This document shows, piece by piece, positions 1-9,912 of a stretch of DNA of 64,000 nucleotides (its first letter is position 1; every line of letters begins with the position of its first letter). The notes under the pieces were generated by a model, which ran no database searches, had not been told where the DNA came from, and saw only the letters and a program-made list of their open reading frames with translations. A program made the position numbers and the translations under genes. Source of the stretch: Bacteroidota bacterium (lineage in GTDB: Bacteria > Bacteroidota > Bacteroidia > 2-12-FULL-35-15); assembly GCA_025363555.1 (NCBI GenBank), contig JANYDQ010000236.1, forward strand, positions 3,741 through 67,740, in the 5' to 3' direction.

Positions 1-61
1 TCATTTGATTTTTAAATTTAATTATTTGGTATTATTATGGCAACAACTGTGCCTGCAACTA

Positions 62-415
62 TTAATTATTCAAACCTCCCTGGATTATCCAGCAATGAAT
101 TCGATTTATATCGGCATCAGACAGGGGAGGGGATACAGGCATATTTTTTAAGATAACCACCCTGTTCAATAAAGAACCATTGTCCACTTTGGCTTTTAAT
201 CCTGAATAAGTCGTAAAATCTCCATTGCCTGTTCCTCCCGGTATATGACAGCCGGGAGTTGTAGAACAATTTTTCACAATAATAGAATCAATTACAGGGT
301 TGAGACGAACCAGAGAATCGCACTTGAAACCCTGTTGAGGAATTTCTCTTTTTTCGAAAGTACAGGAAGCCATAAATAATAAAATAACCGAGGTAATAAG
401 AAGTTTTTTTTTCAT
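62..415 (-). CDS. small exported lipoprotein, function unknown (Cys/His motifs in C-terminal half)
   Basis: 117-aa ORF; signal peptide ending in lipobox-like LFMASC; CSTTPGCH and HCW motifs; family not assignable by eye. Confidence 0.5.
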   Translation of the reverse strand: MKKKLLITSVILLFMASCTFEKREIPQQGFKCDSLVRLNPVIDSIIVKNCSTTPGCHIPGGTGNGDFTTYSGLKAKVDNGSLLNRVVILKNMPVSPPLSDADINRIHCWIIQGGLNN

Positions 416-480
416 TTGGGTATTAATCAGGGTGCAAATGTATCATCTTTTCGTTAAGGTAGATTAATACAGTAACTGAT

Positions 481-921
481 TTATTTTCTGTCATACTCTT
501 TGGTTTGAATCTCTTTCCCCTTCTCGTCCCAAAAAGTCCATTTGCCGGACTCTACATCATTGGTATAAAATCCATCATATCGCATTTGAGAATTTTCGTA
601 CCAGGTGGTGGTTTTTCCGTTTTTTTTTCCTTCTAAAAAAGTTGTTTCGCTCCATTTTGCTCCGTTCTCATAAAAACTTCTCCATAATCCTTCCCGCTTG
701 CCATTGTTCATAAACCCTTGAAATTTTAATTTGCCGTTATCATACTTTACCAGGTTTTCTCCTTCTTTAAATGGGATATCCTTCGGTTTTTCGGAAACAA
801 TTTCTTTTGAATTTAATTTTGCTGAATCTGGTTGTTCTTTTATTTTCTCATTGTTTTGTATTGTAGTATTGCAGGAAATTAATAAAAGAAAAGAAAAGCT
901 TAAAATGATAATTGATTTCAT
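481..921 (-). CDS. MORN-variant (YwqK-like) repeat lipoprotein
   Basis: 146 aa; signal peptide with LLISC lipobox; repeated G-x-W-x-x-(F/W)YENG units typical of MORN-variant repeats. Confidence 0.7.
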   Translation of the reverse strand: MKSIIILSFSFLLLISCNTTIQNNEKIKEQPDSAKLNSKEIVSEKPKDIPFKEGENLVKYDNGKLKFQGFMNNGKREGLWRSFYENGAKWSETTFLEGKKNGKTTTWYENSQMRYDGFYTNDVESGKWTFWDEKGKEIQTKEYDRK

Positions 922-932
922 ATTAATAATTA

Positions 933-1904
933 TTAATTTTTTCGTTCTGTTGTGTATTTCACTAATCCTATCAGAGATATTTTTGCATCCGATTCTGGAA
1001 AATCGGAAATGATTGCCAATGCCTTATTTTTAAATTCAATCATCTTTTCGGTTGCGTATTCAATGCCCCCGCTTTTTACCACAAAATCTATCACCTCTGC
1101 TACTTTTTTCGGATTGTTATTATTGTTTTTTACAATGTAAATTATTTTTCTTTTGTCAAAGAAAGACGCTTTATTTAAAGCATAAATCAAGGGCAAAGTC
1201 ATTTTCTTTTCTTTAATATCTATTCCTGTTGGTTTGCCAATGTTGGTTCCATCTCCATAATCAAACAAATCATCTTTTATTTGAAATGCCATTCCTACTG
1301 CTTGGCCAAAGGCACGCATTTTTTCTATTGCATCTTCATTGGTACTGACAGATGCTGCTCCGCAAGAACAACAGGAAGCAACTAACGATGCAGTTTTTTT
1401 TCGGATGATTTCATAATACACTTCCTCATCAATATCTAATTTCCTTGCTTTCTCTATTTGCAATAATTCTCCTTCGCTCATCTCTCTTACGGCATTGGAA
1501 ACTATCCCAAGCAAATGATAATCTTTATTATCTACAGAAAGAAGCAATCCTCTTGACAAAAGAAAATCTCCAACTAATACAGCTATTTTATTTTTCCAAA
1601 GTGCATTTACCGAAAAGAAACCTCTGCGCTCGTTACTATCATCCACCACATCATCATGAACTAATGTTGCGGTATGAAGCAATTCTATTAATGATGCAGC
1701 CCTATAAGTGGATTCATTCATTTCCCCGCAAACCTTTGCAGAAAGAAAAACAAACATGGGGCGCATCTGTTTGCCTTTTCTTTTTACAATGTATTGAGTT
1801 ATTTTATCGAGTAGCGGAACAGAACTTTTCATAGACGATTTGAACTTGTGCTCAAACTCCTCCATTTCTTTTTCTATCGGTGCTTTTATTTCTTTAACGG
1901 TCAT
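933..1904 (-). CDS. polyprenyl-diphosphate synthase (IspB/octaprenyl-type)
   Basis: 323 aa; both Asp-rich motifs present (LVHDDVVDD and IKDDLFD). Confidence 0.85.
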   Translation of the reverse strand: MTVKEIKAPIEKEMEEFEHKFKSSMKSSVPLLDKITQYIVKRKGKQMRPMFVFLSAKVCGEMNESTYRAASLIELLHTATLVHDDVVDDSNERRGFFSVNALWKNKIAVLVGDFLLSRGLLLSVDNKDYHLLGIVSNAVREMSEGELLQIEKARKLDIDEEVYYEIIRKKTASLVASCCSCGAASVSTNEDAIEKMRAFGQAVGMAFQIKDDLFDYGDGTNIGKPTGIDIKEKKMTLPLIYALNKASFFDKRKIIYIVKNNNNNPKKVAEVIDFVVKSGGIEYATEKMIEFKNKALAIISDFPESDAKISLIGLVKYTTERKN

Positions 1905-1928
1905 GCTTTTTTAGGCAACAGGCAATAG

Positions 1929-1962
1929 CGAAAAGGCAATAGAAAAGGTTGTACCCTATTGC
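1929..1962. terminator. hairpin GGCAATAG-N13-CTATTGCC between rlmN and the prenyl synthase gene
   Basis: 8-bp perfect stem; T-runs on both strands (TTTTT on plus, TTTT on minus). Confidence 0.4.
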
Positions 1963-1972
1963 CTTTTTGCTA

Positions 1973-3055
1973 TTAACTATTCGCTACTTTTTTCATTTTT
2001 CTTTTCTCAAACCCTTCTTTATTCTTATTAGCTAATTGTCCGCAGGCAGCATCTATGTCTTTTCCCCTGCTTCTTCGGATGTTTACTATTATGTTTTTAC
2101 TTTCTAAATATTTTGCAAAAGCATCCAGCCGTTCAGGAGTAGTTTGCTGAAACTCTCCTTGGTCTATCGGGTTGTACTCTATAATATTTACCTTGCAGGG
2201 AATGTGTTTACAAAACCTTGCCAAATCTTTAGCATCTTCCAGGCTATCATTAAAATCTTTAAATGCAATGTATTCGTACGTTACCCGCGTTCCGGTTTTT
2301 TCATAAAAATATTTTAATGCTTCTGCCAGTGCTTCCAGTGTATTACTTTCATTTATTGGCATAATCCTATTCCGCTTTACATCACTTGCCGCATGAAGCG
2401 ACAAAGCTAAATTAAATTTCACTCCGTCATCTCCTAATTTCTTTATCATCTTTGCCACTCCCGCAGTACTCACTGTAATGCGTTGAGGTGACATATTCAA
2501 CCCTTCGGGAGAAGTAATTTTTTGCACACTTTCCATCATGTTTGCATAATTAAGTAATGGCTCGCCCATACCCATATACACAATGTTGGTTAATGATGTA
2601 TTGTATTTTTCTTCTGCCTGTTTTTTTATAATCACCACCTGGTCGTATATTTCATCAGCATTCAGGTTTCGCAATCGTTCCAGTTTTCCTGTTGCACAAA
2701 ACTTACAGGTTAAACTGCATCCCACCTGTGAGGATATACAAGCTGTCATACGAGTTGTACTTGGAATCAGAACCCCTTCCACTATATTCCCATCGTACAA
2801 CTTAAAAGCATTTTTAATTGTACGGTCACTGCTCACCTGCATATCGTCCACTTTCACAGCATTAATAACAAAATGAGTATTCAGAAGTTCCCGTGTTTGT
2901 TTGCTAAGGTTAGTCATTTCATCAAATGTGCGGGCAGACTTTTTCCACAACCATTCATACACCTGCTTGGCACGAAATGCTTTATCCCCGTTTTCTGTAA
3001 AAATAGTTTTTAGTTCTTCTAAAGAAAGGGTGCGGATGTCTTTTTTGGTTAACAC
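1973..3055 (-). CDS. rlmN: 23S rRNA/tRNA (adenine-C2)-methyltransferase RlmN, radical SAM
   Basis: 360 aa; CSLTCKFCATG radical-SAM cluster motif, full-length family-like sequence; GTG start. Confidence 0.9.
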   Translation of the reverse strand: MLTKKDIRTLSLEELKTIFTENGDKAFRAKQVYEWLWKKSARTFDEMTNLSKQTRELLNTHFVINAVKVDDMQVSSDRTIKNAFKLYDGNIVEGVLIPSTTRMTACISSQVGCSLTCKFCATGKLERLRNLNADEIYDQVVIIKKQAEEKYNTSLTNIVYMGMGEPLLNYANMMESVQKITSPEGLNMSPQRITVSTAGVAKMIKKLGDDGVKFNLALSLHAASDVKRNRIMPINESNTLEALAEALKYFYEKTGTRVTYEYIAFKDFNDSLEDAKDLARFCKHIPCKVNIIEYNPIDQGEFQQTTPERLDAFAKYLESKNIIVNIRRSRGKDIDAACGQLANKNKEGFEKRKMKKVANS

Positions 3056-3311
3056 TACGAATTACGAATTTATGATTATAATAATAAATGCATATTTTTT
3101 CTACTAAACAAACACATAGACCTCGTTTTTAAATTTTCAATTTGTTTTTTCTATGCGCCTGTACTTTTATGTGGTGTTCAAACCTTTTAAATACAGGTCG
3201 CAAAATTACTAATATAATACGAGTTGCGAGGGTATTTTAAAACCCAGTTGGAGGAAATTCCAAAAGGACTTTAAACAATGATGTCAGTCCAGAGGTTATT
3301 TTGGGCGTGCC

Positions 3312-3405
3312 CCCCGATGAAGAATCGGGGGTCGGGCTTTCCGCTTCAATCTTTTTTGCCCCCCGCCATTTGCAACGCAACAAAAAAGGATTTTCGCTAC
3401 AATCC
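3312..3405. repeat. GC-rich islands in an AT-rich spacer (hairpin plus two TTTCSGCTWCAATC words)
   Basis: CCCCGAT-gaaga-ATCGGGG hairpin (3312-3330); GGGCTTTCCGCTTCAATC and GGATTTTCGCTACAATCC about 54 nt apart; resembles REP-like intergenic words common in Bacteroidota. Confidence 0.3.
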
Positions 3406-3482
3406 CTCACGCTGCGCATCGGGAAGTTCGTTCGTAATGCGTTTTTTGATTTTTAGTTCGCCACTATTGTTATCTAAGGCAA

Positions 3483-3580
3483 CCGGAAAAGTTATTTCCC
3501 GAATTATTGGAACAACTCCAATAGTTGTTGGAGCGGCTCCAATAGTTATAAAAATAGCTTCCCGGAGGGCAAAAATGCCT
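3483..3580. repeat. series of short palindromes phased about 21 nt apart
   Basis: GGAAAA-gtta-TTTCCC, ATTGGA-acaac-TCCAAT, TTGGAGC-g-GCTCCAA, GGCA-aaaa-TGCC; CTCCAATAGTT recurs exactly 21 nt apart (3516, 3537). Confidence 0.45.
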
Positions 3581-4018
3581 TTATAAAAGAAAAAAGCAAA
3601 GCCAATGACAGGTATATAAACATGATTAACAGTATTTTACAAATAAAAAGGAGTAATAACAATGTGATGTTGCCCGAGCGGGTCATTTGTTTTTTCAGGG
3701 AATGTACTTCAAGGTAATTAGAAGCGATAAACTTTCGTTTTAGCCCCGACCCGCGCGAAGTATCCTTTTTTTTTGCCATTGCCCCGCAGGGAAAAATAAT
3801 AAAAAAAAGATACCGCGTGTGGGCGGGAGGACTCTTTACTATGAAACGGAGATGTGCCTGCTCCAAAAAAACGGGATTTTTTAAAGTAAATATACTTCAT
3901 TTGCCAAAACCTGGAATGGGCAGAGGCGGAAAATAAAATTACCCCAAAATAGTTAACCTTATAGCCAAAAAGCCATTTTAAATATAAATTGTTTATTTTT
4001 GTGAAGAAGAAAAAAAAT

Positions 4019-5578
4019 ATGCAACGACTATTTAAGTTCATTTTTTTGTTTTTGCCTTTGGCAATGGTTGCTCAAACGGATAAAAAAACAAATCCAAACG
4101 GGTACAATAAGTTTTATTACGACAATGGCAAAGTTTCGAGCCAGGGAACTATGCGTGACGGCAAACCCGATGGATATTGGAAAACGTTTTCGGAAACAGG
4201 AGTAATAAAATCGGAAGGCAACCGGAAAAATTTTCAACTGGATAGTATCTGGAAATTTTATAATGAAAAAGGAAAGCTCGCGTTTGAATACAATTATAAA
4301 GAAGGCAAGAAAAACGGGTTGAGAAAAACCTACGACACTAAAGAAGGGTTTTTGATGATGTCGGAAAATTTTGTGAATGATGTGAAACAAGGCAATACTA
4401 TATATTATTATAAAAACGGAAAAGTAAAACAAACCATTCCTTTTGTTGCCGGAAAAGAAGAAGGTCCGGGATTTGAATTTGCACCCGACAGCACTATTAT
4501 TACGCTGACTCAATATAAAATGGGTTTTGTACAGAGGGAAGAAAAAATGAACAGAAGAGATGCCGATAGCTTGAAGCAGGGGGTTTGGAAACAATTTTAC
4601 CCGACAGGGATTATAAAAAATGAAGTGACGTATAGCGATGATAAGATGAATGGTTACTTTAAAGAATATTCTGCCACCGGAAGTTTACAGAACACTACTA
4701 AATACATAAACGGTGTGGTACAAAAAAATGCACCAGAACTTGCAAAACTGGATGTAAGAACGGAATATTACGAAGGGGGAATAGTAAAATTTACGGGAAC
4801 TTATAAAGACGGAGTAGCGGAAGGCATTCATCGGATATTTTCGAAAGAAGGAAAAGTGATAGCCGCCAAAGTGTATGCTGACGGGGTGTTGACAGGCGAA
4901 GGAATTTTAGATACAATAGGAAGACAGCAAGGACCATGGAAAGAATATCATGCAAACGGACAAATTAAAGCAGAAGGAGAATACTTAAACAGCAAACGAA
5001 TTGGCGAATGGGTGTTTTATTATCCGAACGGAAAAATAGAACAAAAAGGGAAATATGACAAAAAGGGAAAAGCCCAGGGACCCTGGAAATGGTATTACGA
5101 ATCGGGAAATTTGTGGCGGGAAGAAACCTATAGAAATAATTTGCAGGATGGGATAATGATTGATTATGAAGACAAAATGGCTGACAGCGCAAAAATAATT
5201 ACCAAAGGAGAACTGGTGGATGGTCAGAAAGAAGGACCCTGGGTGCTTGAACTTCCGGACTATAAAGAGCAAGGAAATTACAAAGCAGACCAGCTTGACG
5301 GAGAATGGAAACATTATTACACCAGTAACGGGAAATTGCGCTTTGTTGGAAAATTTGTGGATGGGGTGCCCGATGGAGAACATAAATTCTATTATCCAAA
5401 TGGCAGAGAAAAGCAAGTTGGAAAATATGCAGGTGGAAGTAAAGAAGGCGAATGGAAATTTTTTGATGAATCAGGTTATTTGTTTTTAACAATATTGTTT
5501 AATAACGACATTGAAGTTCGGTTTGACGGTATAAAAGTTATTCCTGAAACAGTGTCCTCGGAACCAAGTATAAAGTAA
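4019..5578 (+). CDS. MORN-variant (YwqK-like) repeat protein, secreted
   Basis: Start moved to the ATG at 4019 (signal peptide MQRLFKFIFLFLPLAMVAQ); about 20 G-x-W-x-x-YY-x-NG-type repeats. Confidence 0.75.
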   Translation: MQRLFKFIFLFLPLAMVAQTDKKTNPNGYNKFYYDNGKVSSQGTMRDGKPDGYWKTFSETGVIKSEGNRKNFQLDSIWKFYNEKGKLAFEYNYKEGKKNGLRKTYDTKEGFLMMSENFVNDVKQGNTIYYYKNGKVKQTIPFVAGKEEGPGFEFAPDSTIITLTQYKMGFVQREEKMNRRDADSLKQGVWKQFYPTGIIKNEVTYSDDKMNGYFKEYSATGSLQNTTKYINGVVQKNAPELAKLDVRTEYYEGGIVKFTGTYKDGVAEGIHRIFSKEGKVIAAKVYADGVLTGEGILDTIGRQQGPWKEYHANGQIKAEGEYLNSKRIGEWVFYYPNGKIEQKGKYDKKGKAQGPWKWYYESGNLWREETYRNNLQDGIMIDYEDKMADSAKIITKGELVDGQKEGPWVLELPDYKEQGNYKADQLDGEWKHYYTSNGKLRFVGKFVDGVPDGEHKFYYPNGREKQVGKYAGGSKEGEWKFFDESGYLFLTILFNNDIEVRFDGIKVIPETVSSEPSIK

Positions 5579-5586
5579 GTGCACTA

Positions 5587-8500
5587 ATGCCAACGTCTAA
5601 AAAAGCAACTACGAAAAAGCCAGCTGAAGTAAAAAAACTTCGGAGCAAATCAGATGTGCTTAAAAAAACACGAACAGAACAAAAATCAAAATCACCATTG
5701 CCTGCTAAGGAACCTAAATGGGATTCGTTTTTAAAATATTCTGACCACATCATCCTGCTACTTGACAAAAAAGGGAATATAATAGACAGCAATGAATATT
5801 TGAAAGGAGATAAAAATGAAAACATCCTTGGAACTTCTGCTTACCGTTTCTTTTCAAAAGTTTCGGAAAAAAAAATAAGAAATGCAATCGAAAATGTTTT
5901 CAAAAAAGGAAAGCCACAAAAATTTGAATTGATGAGCTGGGGCGATGATAATGGAATGGCTTATTATTCTGCCAGTGCTTCCCCTCATTTTGAAAACAAA
6001 GAAATAACAGCAGTGATTATCCATGCCATTGATACAACAGAAAAAAAAGAAACCAAAGACGCATTAAAATTAAGCGAAGAGAAATACCGGAAATTGTCGG
6101 ATGCTGCTTTTGAAGGAATAGCAATACATCAAAATGGCAAAGTGGTAGAAATAAACAAAGCGGTACATAAAATATGTGGATTTGAAGAAGATGAAATTAT
6201 CGGGCATTCCATTTTTGATTTTATTCATCCTGATTTTCACTCCACTGTAATCGAAAAAATAAAAAACGAAGATTCCAACCCTTACGAGATAAAGATGTTT
6301 CGAAAAGGGAATAAAGAATTTTGGGCAGAGATTTTAGGAACCCAAATTATTTACAATAGCTTTCCCGCAAGAGTTTCAGCTATACGTGACATCACTTTTC
6401 AAAAAGAATCGGAAAATAAAATTCACGAAAGCGAAAGAAAATTTTCTGTCTTATCCAATAATTTTCCCGGTATAGCCTATCGGTGCAATTTGGACCATAA
6501 CCTTACCATGCAGTTTTTAAGTAATGGATTTTTTAAACTCACAGGATATAATTCAGCAGATTTTGTGAACAATAAAAAAAGAGCATTCAATGATATTATC
6601 CATCCTGATGACAGGGGAAATAAAAAGTTGAAAAAGGCATTGCAAAATAAGGAAATTTACGAATTGGAATACCGAATTATTACGGCTGATAACAAAATAA
6701 AATGGGTTTGGGAGAAAGGGCAAGGAGTATTTGACACCAAGGGGAATCTTATGTTTTTAGAAGGATTTATTGCTGATATTAACGATAAAAAACAATATGA
6801 AATTGAATTAAATAATAGCCGGGAAAATTATAAAAGTTTGATAGATAATTCCCCGGATGGAATATTTATTCTTGTTGAAGGTATAATAGAATTTGCGAAC
6901 AAATCTGCATTGGAAATTTTAGAAGCGAAAACAGAAGAAGTGCAATTTAAGTCTGTTTTTAATTTTATTCCTATTGAATTTCATAATTTTGAAAGGAACC
7001 GCATTGCACGAATTCAGGATGGAGAGCAGGTTCCTTTTACTGAAATAAAAATGATAACGGTCAAAGGAAACATTGTAGATATAGAATCAAAACCAACTCT
7101 TTTTACCTACAATAACCTGAATGCCACCTTGGTAGTTTTGCATAATATCTCTACTCAAAAACAATTATTAAAACAACAATTATTAACACAGATAGCAGAA
7201 GAAACGAATAAAAAACTGGAGCATCAAATTGCGGAACGAAAAAATGCCGAGCGCATTTTACAAAGCAATCAAAACTACACCCGACTTTTAATTGAAAGTT
7301 CACTTGATATGATATGCGCTACTGATAAGAGCGGAAACATTACCGAGTTTAATACTGCCGCACAGAAAATATTCGGATATGAATTGGAAGAAGTGATGGG
7401 TAAATCGGTACAAATGCTGTATGCAAACCCAACCGACAGAACACACATTAAAGAAAATGAATTAGTAGGAAAAGGGATATATATAGGAGAAGTTGTAAAT
7501 ATCAAAAAGAACGGAGAAAAATTTATCTCCTTTCTTTCAGCATCAATATTACAAAATGAGGAAGGTGTAATTATCGGAGCAATGGGTGTGTCAAGGGACA
7601 TTTCAGAATCAAAAAAATCTGAACAGGAATTGCGGGCGAGTGAAGAAAGGTATAGGGCAATTTACAATCAGGCTTACATCGGAATTGCTAAAGTAAGTCT
7701 CAAAGGGCAATTTTTACAGGTGAACGAACAGTTATGTATTATCATGGGTTATTCAAATTCAGAACTTTGCCAAAAGGAATTCGCTGATACTACCGTACCT
7801 GAAGATGTTAAATTATCCATTGATTTCAGGGACAAATTAGTGAGTGGAGAAGTTGATAAAACCACTTTTGAGAAAAGATACTTTCATAAAAGCGGTAAGA
7901 TAGTACATGCCAATTTAACCATTTCGCTGGTAAAAGACGAAGCAGGAAATCCTTCTCATTTTATTTCTGTGTTTCAGGATATATCCGAACGAAAAAAAAT
8001 AGAAAGAGAACAACAGACACAAGCCGCAAAACTAAAAGCGGTTTTTGAGTCCGGATCTCATTTGGTGTGGACAGCAGATAAAGATTCTTGCTTAACATCA
8101 TTTAATCGCAACTTTAAAATTTTTATTAAACAGCAATATGGAGTGGAAATTCATATCGGAACATCGATGATGAAAGACTCCATGATTTCTACTGAAGAAT
8201 ATAATTCTTTCTGGATAAAAAAATATGATGTAACTTTGTCCGGAATTCCGCAGTATTTTGAAACAAATTTTGTGGATGCAGCAGGAAATAATTTTTGGTA
8301 CGAATTTTTTTTAAATCCTATTTTTGATGAAAATAATAAAGTAGTTGAAATATCAGGAATTGGACATGACATTACCGAGAAAATAAAAGCAAACGAAAAA
8401 ATTCATCAATCATTGCAAGAAAAAGAAGTGCTTTTGAAAGAAGTTCATCATCGCGTAAAGAACAATTTACAGGTTATTTCCAGTATTTTAAATCTTCAAT

Positions 8501-9045
8501 CTTCTTATGTAAAGGACCAAAACACGTTAAATATATTAAAAGAGAGCCAAAATAGAATTAAGTCAATGGCATTTATTCACGAAAGTTTATACCAAACAAA
8601 AGACTTTTCAAACATTAATTTTTCGGAATATGTTATCAATTTATCTCAAAATTTAATTCAAACGTATTCTAATTCTTATAGCGAAGTAAAATTGATTCTC
8701 GATATTCAAACAATTTTTCTTAATTTAGACCTTGCAATTCCAACGGGTTTAATCATAAATGAAATTGTTTCGAATGCAATTAAGTATGCATTTCCGGGAA
8801 AGGAAGATGATGAAAACACTATTACCATTAAGATGAACATAGAAGAAGAGAACTTAAAATTAATAATAGCAGACAACGGAATAGGGTTACCTGGCCATAT
8901 TGATTTTAGAAATACTGAATCATTAGGACTTCAATTGGTAATTACTTTAGTTAACCAGTTAAACGGTAACATACAAGTGGATAATAAAAACGGAACGAAA
9001 TACACAATAATTTTTAAAAATAATCAAACCAAAAATCGAATCTAA
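5587..9045 (+). CDS. multi-PAS sensor histidine kinase (HisKA_2-type phosphoacceptor plus HATPase)
   Basis: 1152 aa; several PAS/PAC-like blocks; EVHHRVKNNLQVISSIL H-box; NAIKYAF and DNGIGLP ATPase motifs. Confidence 0.85.
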   Translation: MPTSKKATTKKPAEVKKLRSKSDVLKKTRTEQKSKSPLPAKEPKWDSFLKYSDHIILLLDKKGNIIDSNEYLKGDKNENILGTSAYRFFSKVSEKKIRNAIENVFKKGKPQKFELMSWGDDNGMAYYSASASPHFENKEITAVIIHAIDTTEKKETKDALKLSEEKYRKLSDAAFEGIAIHQNGKVVEINKAVHKICGFEEDEIIGHSIFDFIHPDFHSTVIEKIKNEDSNPYEIKMFRKGNKEFWAEILGTQIIYNSFPARVSAIRDITFQKESENKIHESERKFSVLSNNFPGIAYRCNLDHNLTMQFLSNGFFKLTGYNSADFVNNKKRAFNDIIHPDDRGNKKLKKALQNKEIYELEYRIITADNKIKWVWEKGQGVFDTKGNLMFLEGFIADINDKKQYEIELNNSRENYKSLIDNSPDGIFILVEGIIEFANKSALEILEAKTEEVQFKSVFNFIPIEFHNFERNRIARIQDGEQVPFTEIKMITVKGNIVDIESKPTLFTYNNLNATLVVLHNISTQKQLLKQQLLTQIAEETNKKLEHQIAERKNAERILQSNQNYTRLLIESSLDMICATDKSGNITEFNTAAQKIFGYELEEVMGKSVQMLYANPTDRTHIKENELVGKGIYIGEVVNIKKNGEKFISFLSASILQNEEGVIIGAMGVSRDISESKKSEQELRASEERYRAIYNQAYIGIAKVSLKGQFLQVNEQLCIIMGYSNSELCQKEFADTTVPEDVKLSIDFRDKLVSGEVDKTTFEKRYFHKSGKIVHANLTISLVKDEAGNPSHFISVFQDISERKKIEREQQTQAAKLKAVFESGSHLVWTADKDSCLTSFNRNFKIFIKQQYGVEIHIGTSMMKDSMISTEEYNSFWIKKYDVTLSGIPQYFETNFVDAAGNNFWYEFFLNPIFDENNKVVEISGIGHDITEKIKANEKIHQSLQEKEVLLKEVHHRVKNNLQVISSILNLQSSYVKDQNTLNILKESQNRIKSMAFIHESLYQTKDFSNINFSEYVINLSQNLIQTYSNSYSEVKLILDIQTIFLNLDLAIPTGLIINEIVSNAIKYAFPGKEDDENTITIKMNIEEENLKLIIADNGIGLPGHIDFRNTESLGLQLVITLVNQLNGNIQVDNKNGTKYTIIFKNNQTKNRI

Positions 9046-9046
9046 A

Positions 9047-9805
9047 ATGTCAAAATCAAACATTCTTATTGTTGAAGACGAAAGCATAGTTGCTAAGGAT
9101 ATTCAACACAGTTTAAAAAAATTAGGATACACTGTTGTAGAAATTTGTTCTAACGGTGAAGATGCAATCCGGATTGTAGAAGAACTAAAACCTAACTTAG
9201 TTTTAATGGATATAATGCTAAAAGGCGATATGACTGGCATTGAAGCGGCTACTCAAATTCGGGAAAAATATAATATTCCGGTAATTTATCTGACTGCTTA
9301 TGCCGATGAAAGCACGTTGAGCAAAGCCAAAGTTTCCGAGCCCTATGGTTACATAATTAAGCCATTCAAAGAAATTGATTTGCATACTTCAATTGAAATG
9401 GCAATTTACAAACACGAAAAAGAAACGGATTTAAAAAAAGAAAGAGATTTTTTATATTCTATTGTTGAAAACAAAGAGTCGAAAGATAAAGATATGATTT
9501 TTGTTAAATCCAATTCACGATTAATAAAAGTTAATAGTACTGACGTTTATTTTGTGGAGGCACTGAAAGATTATGTGATCATTAATACAGAAACAGCAAA
9601 ATATACTATTCATTCTACGATGAAAGAAATAGAAAAAAAATTGTCGTCAGCGGATTTTATTCGTGTTCATCGTTCATTTATTGTTCGTTTGGATAAAATT
9701 GTTGCGATAGAGCAACCCAACTTAATTTTAGAAAACGATAAAAAATTAATTCCTATTGGCGGTTCATATAAAGATGAATTGACAAAACGGTTAAATTTGA
9801 TGTAA
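9047..9805 (+). CDS. response regulator, REC plus LytTR DNA-binding domain
   Basis: 252 aa; ILIVEDE...LVLMDI receiver; C-terminal FIRVHRSFIV LytTR signature; starts 1 nt after the kinase stop. Confidence 0.9.
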   Translation: MSKSNILIVEDESIVAKDIQHSLKKLGYTVVEICSNGEDAIRIVEELKPNLVLMDIMLKGDMTGIEAATQIREKYNIPVIYLTAYADESTLSKAKVSEPYGYIIKPFKEIDLHTSIEMAIYKHEKETDLKKERDFLYSIVENKESKDKDMIFVKSNSRLIKVNSTDVYFVEALKDYVIINTETAKYTIHSTMKEIEKKLSSADFIRVHRSFIVRLDKIVAIEQPNLILENDKKLIPIGGSYKDELTKRLNLM

Positions 9806-9843
9806 CCATTTTGATTAACGGAATAGCTAATAAAGTTTAAGTC

Positions 9844-9877
9844 AAAAAACTCTTTACATTTTTGTAAAGAGTTTTTT
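9844..9877. terminator. bidirectional rho-independent terminator
   Basis: AACTCTTTACA-tttt-TGTAAAGAGTT 11-bp stem flanked by an A-run and a T-run, between convergent genes. Confidence 0.65.
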
Positions 9878-9912
9878 GCTTTCTAATTGATTTTTTTCTG
9901 CAAAACAATATC

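Noticed and set aside
3237-4041. ORFs of 60-107 aa in the rlmN-MORN spacer, and candidate tmRNA / RNase P / SRP RNA
   Set aside because: The ORFs are low-complexity and repeat-derived. GGAGGAAATTCC only loosely resembles the RNase P GAGGAAAGTCC box. No tRNA-like 3-prime end, tag-peptide reading frame or SRP GGAA tetraloop helix was found.
4028-5492. Minus-strand ORFs (75-188 aa) inside the MORN-repeat gene and similar antisense ORFs inside other long genes
   Set aside because: They are embedded in well-supported genes on the opposite strand, have low-complexity composition and show no motifs.
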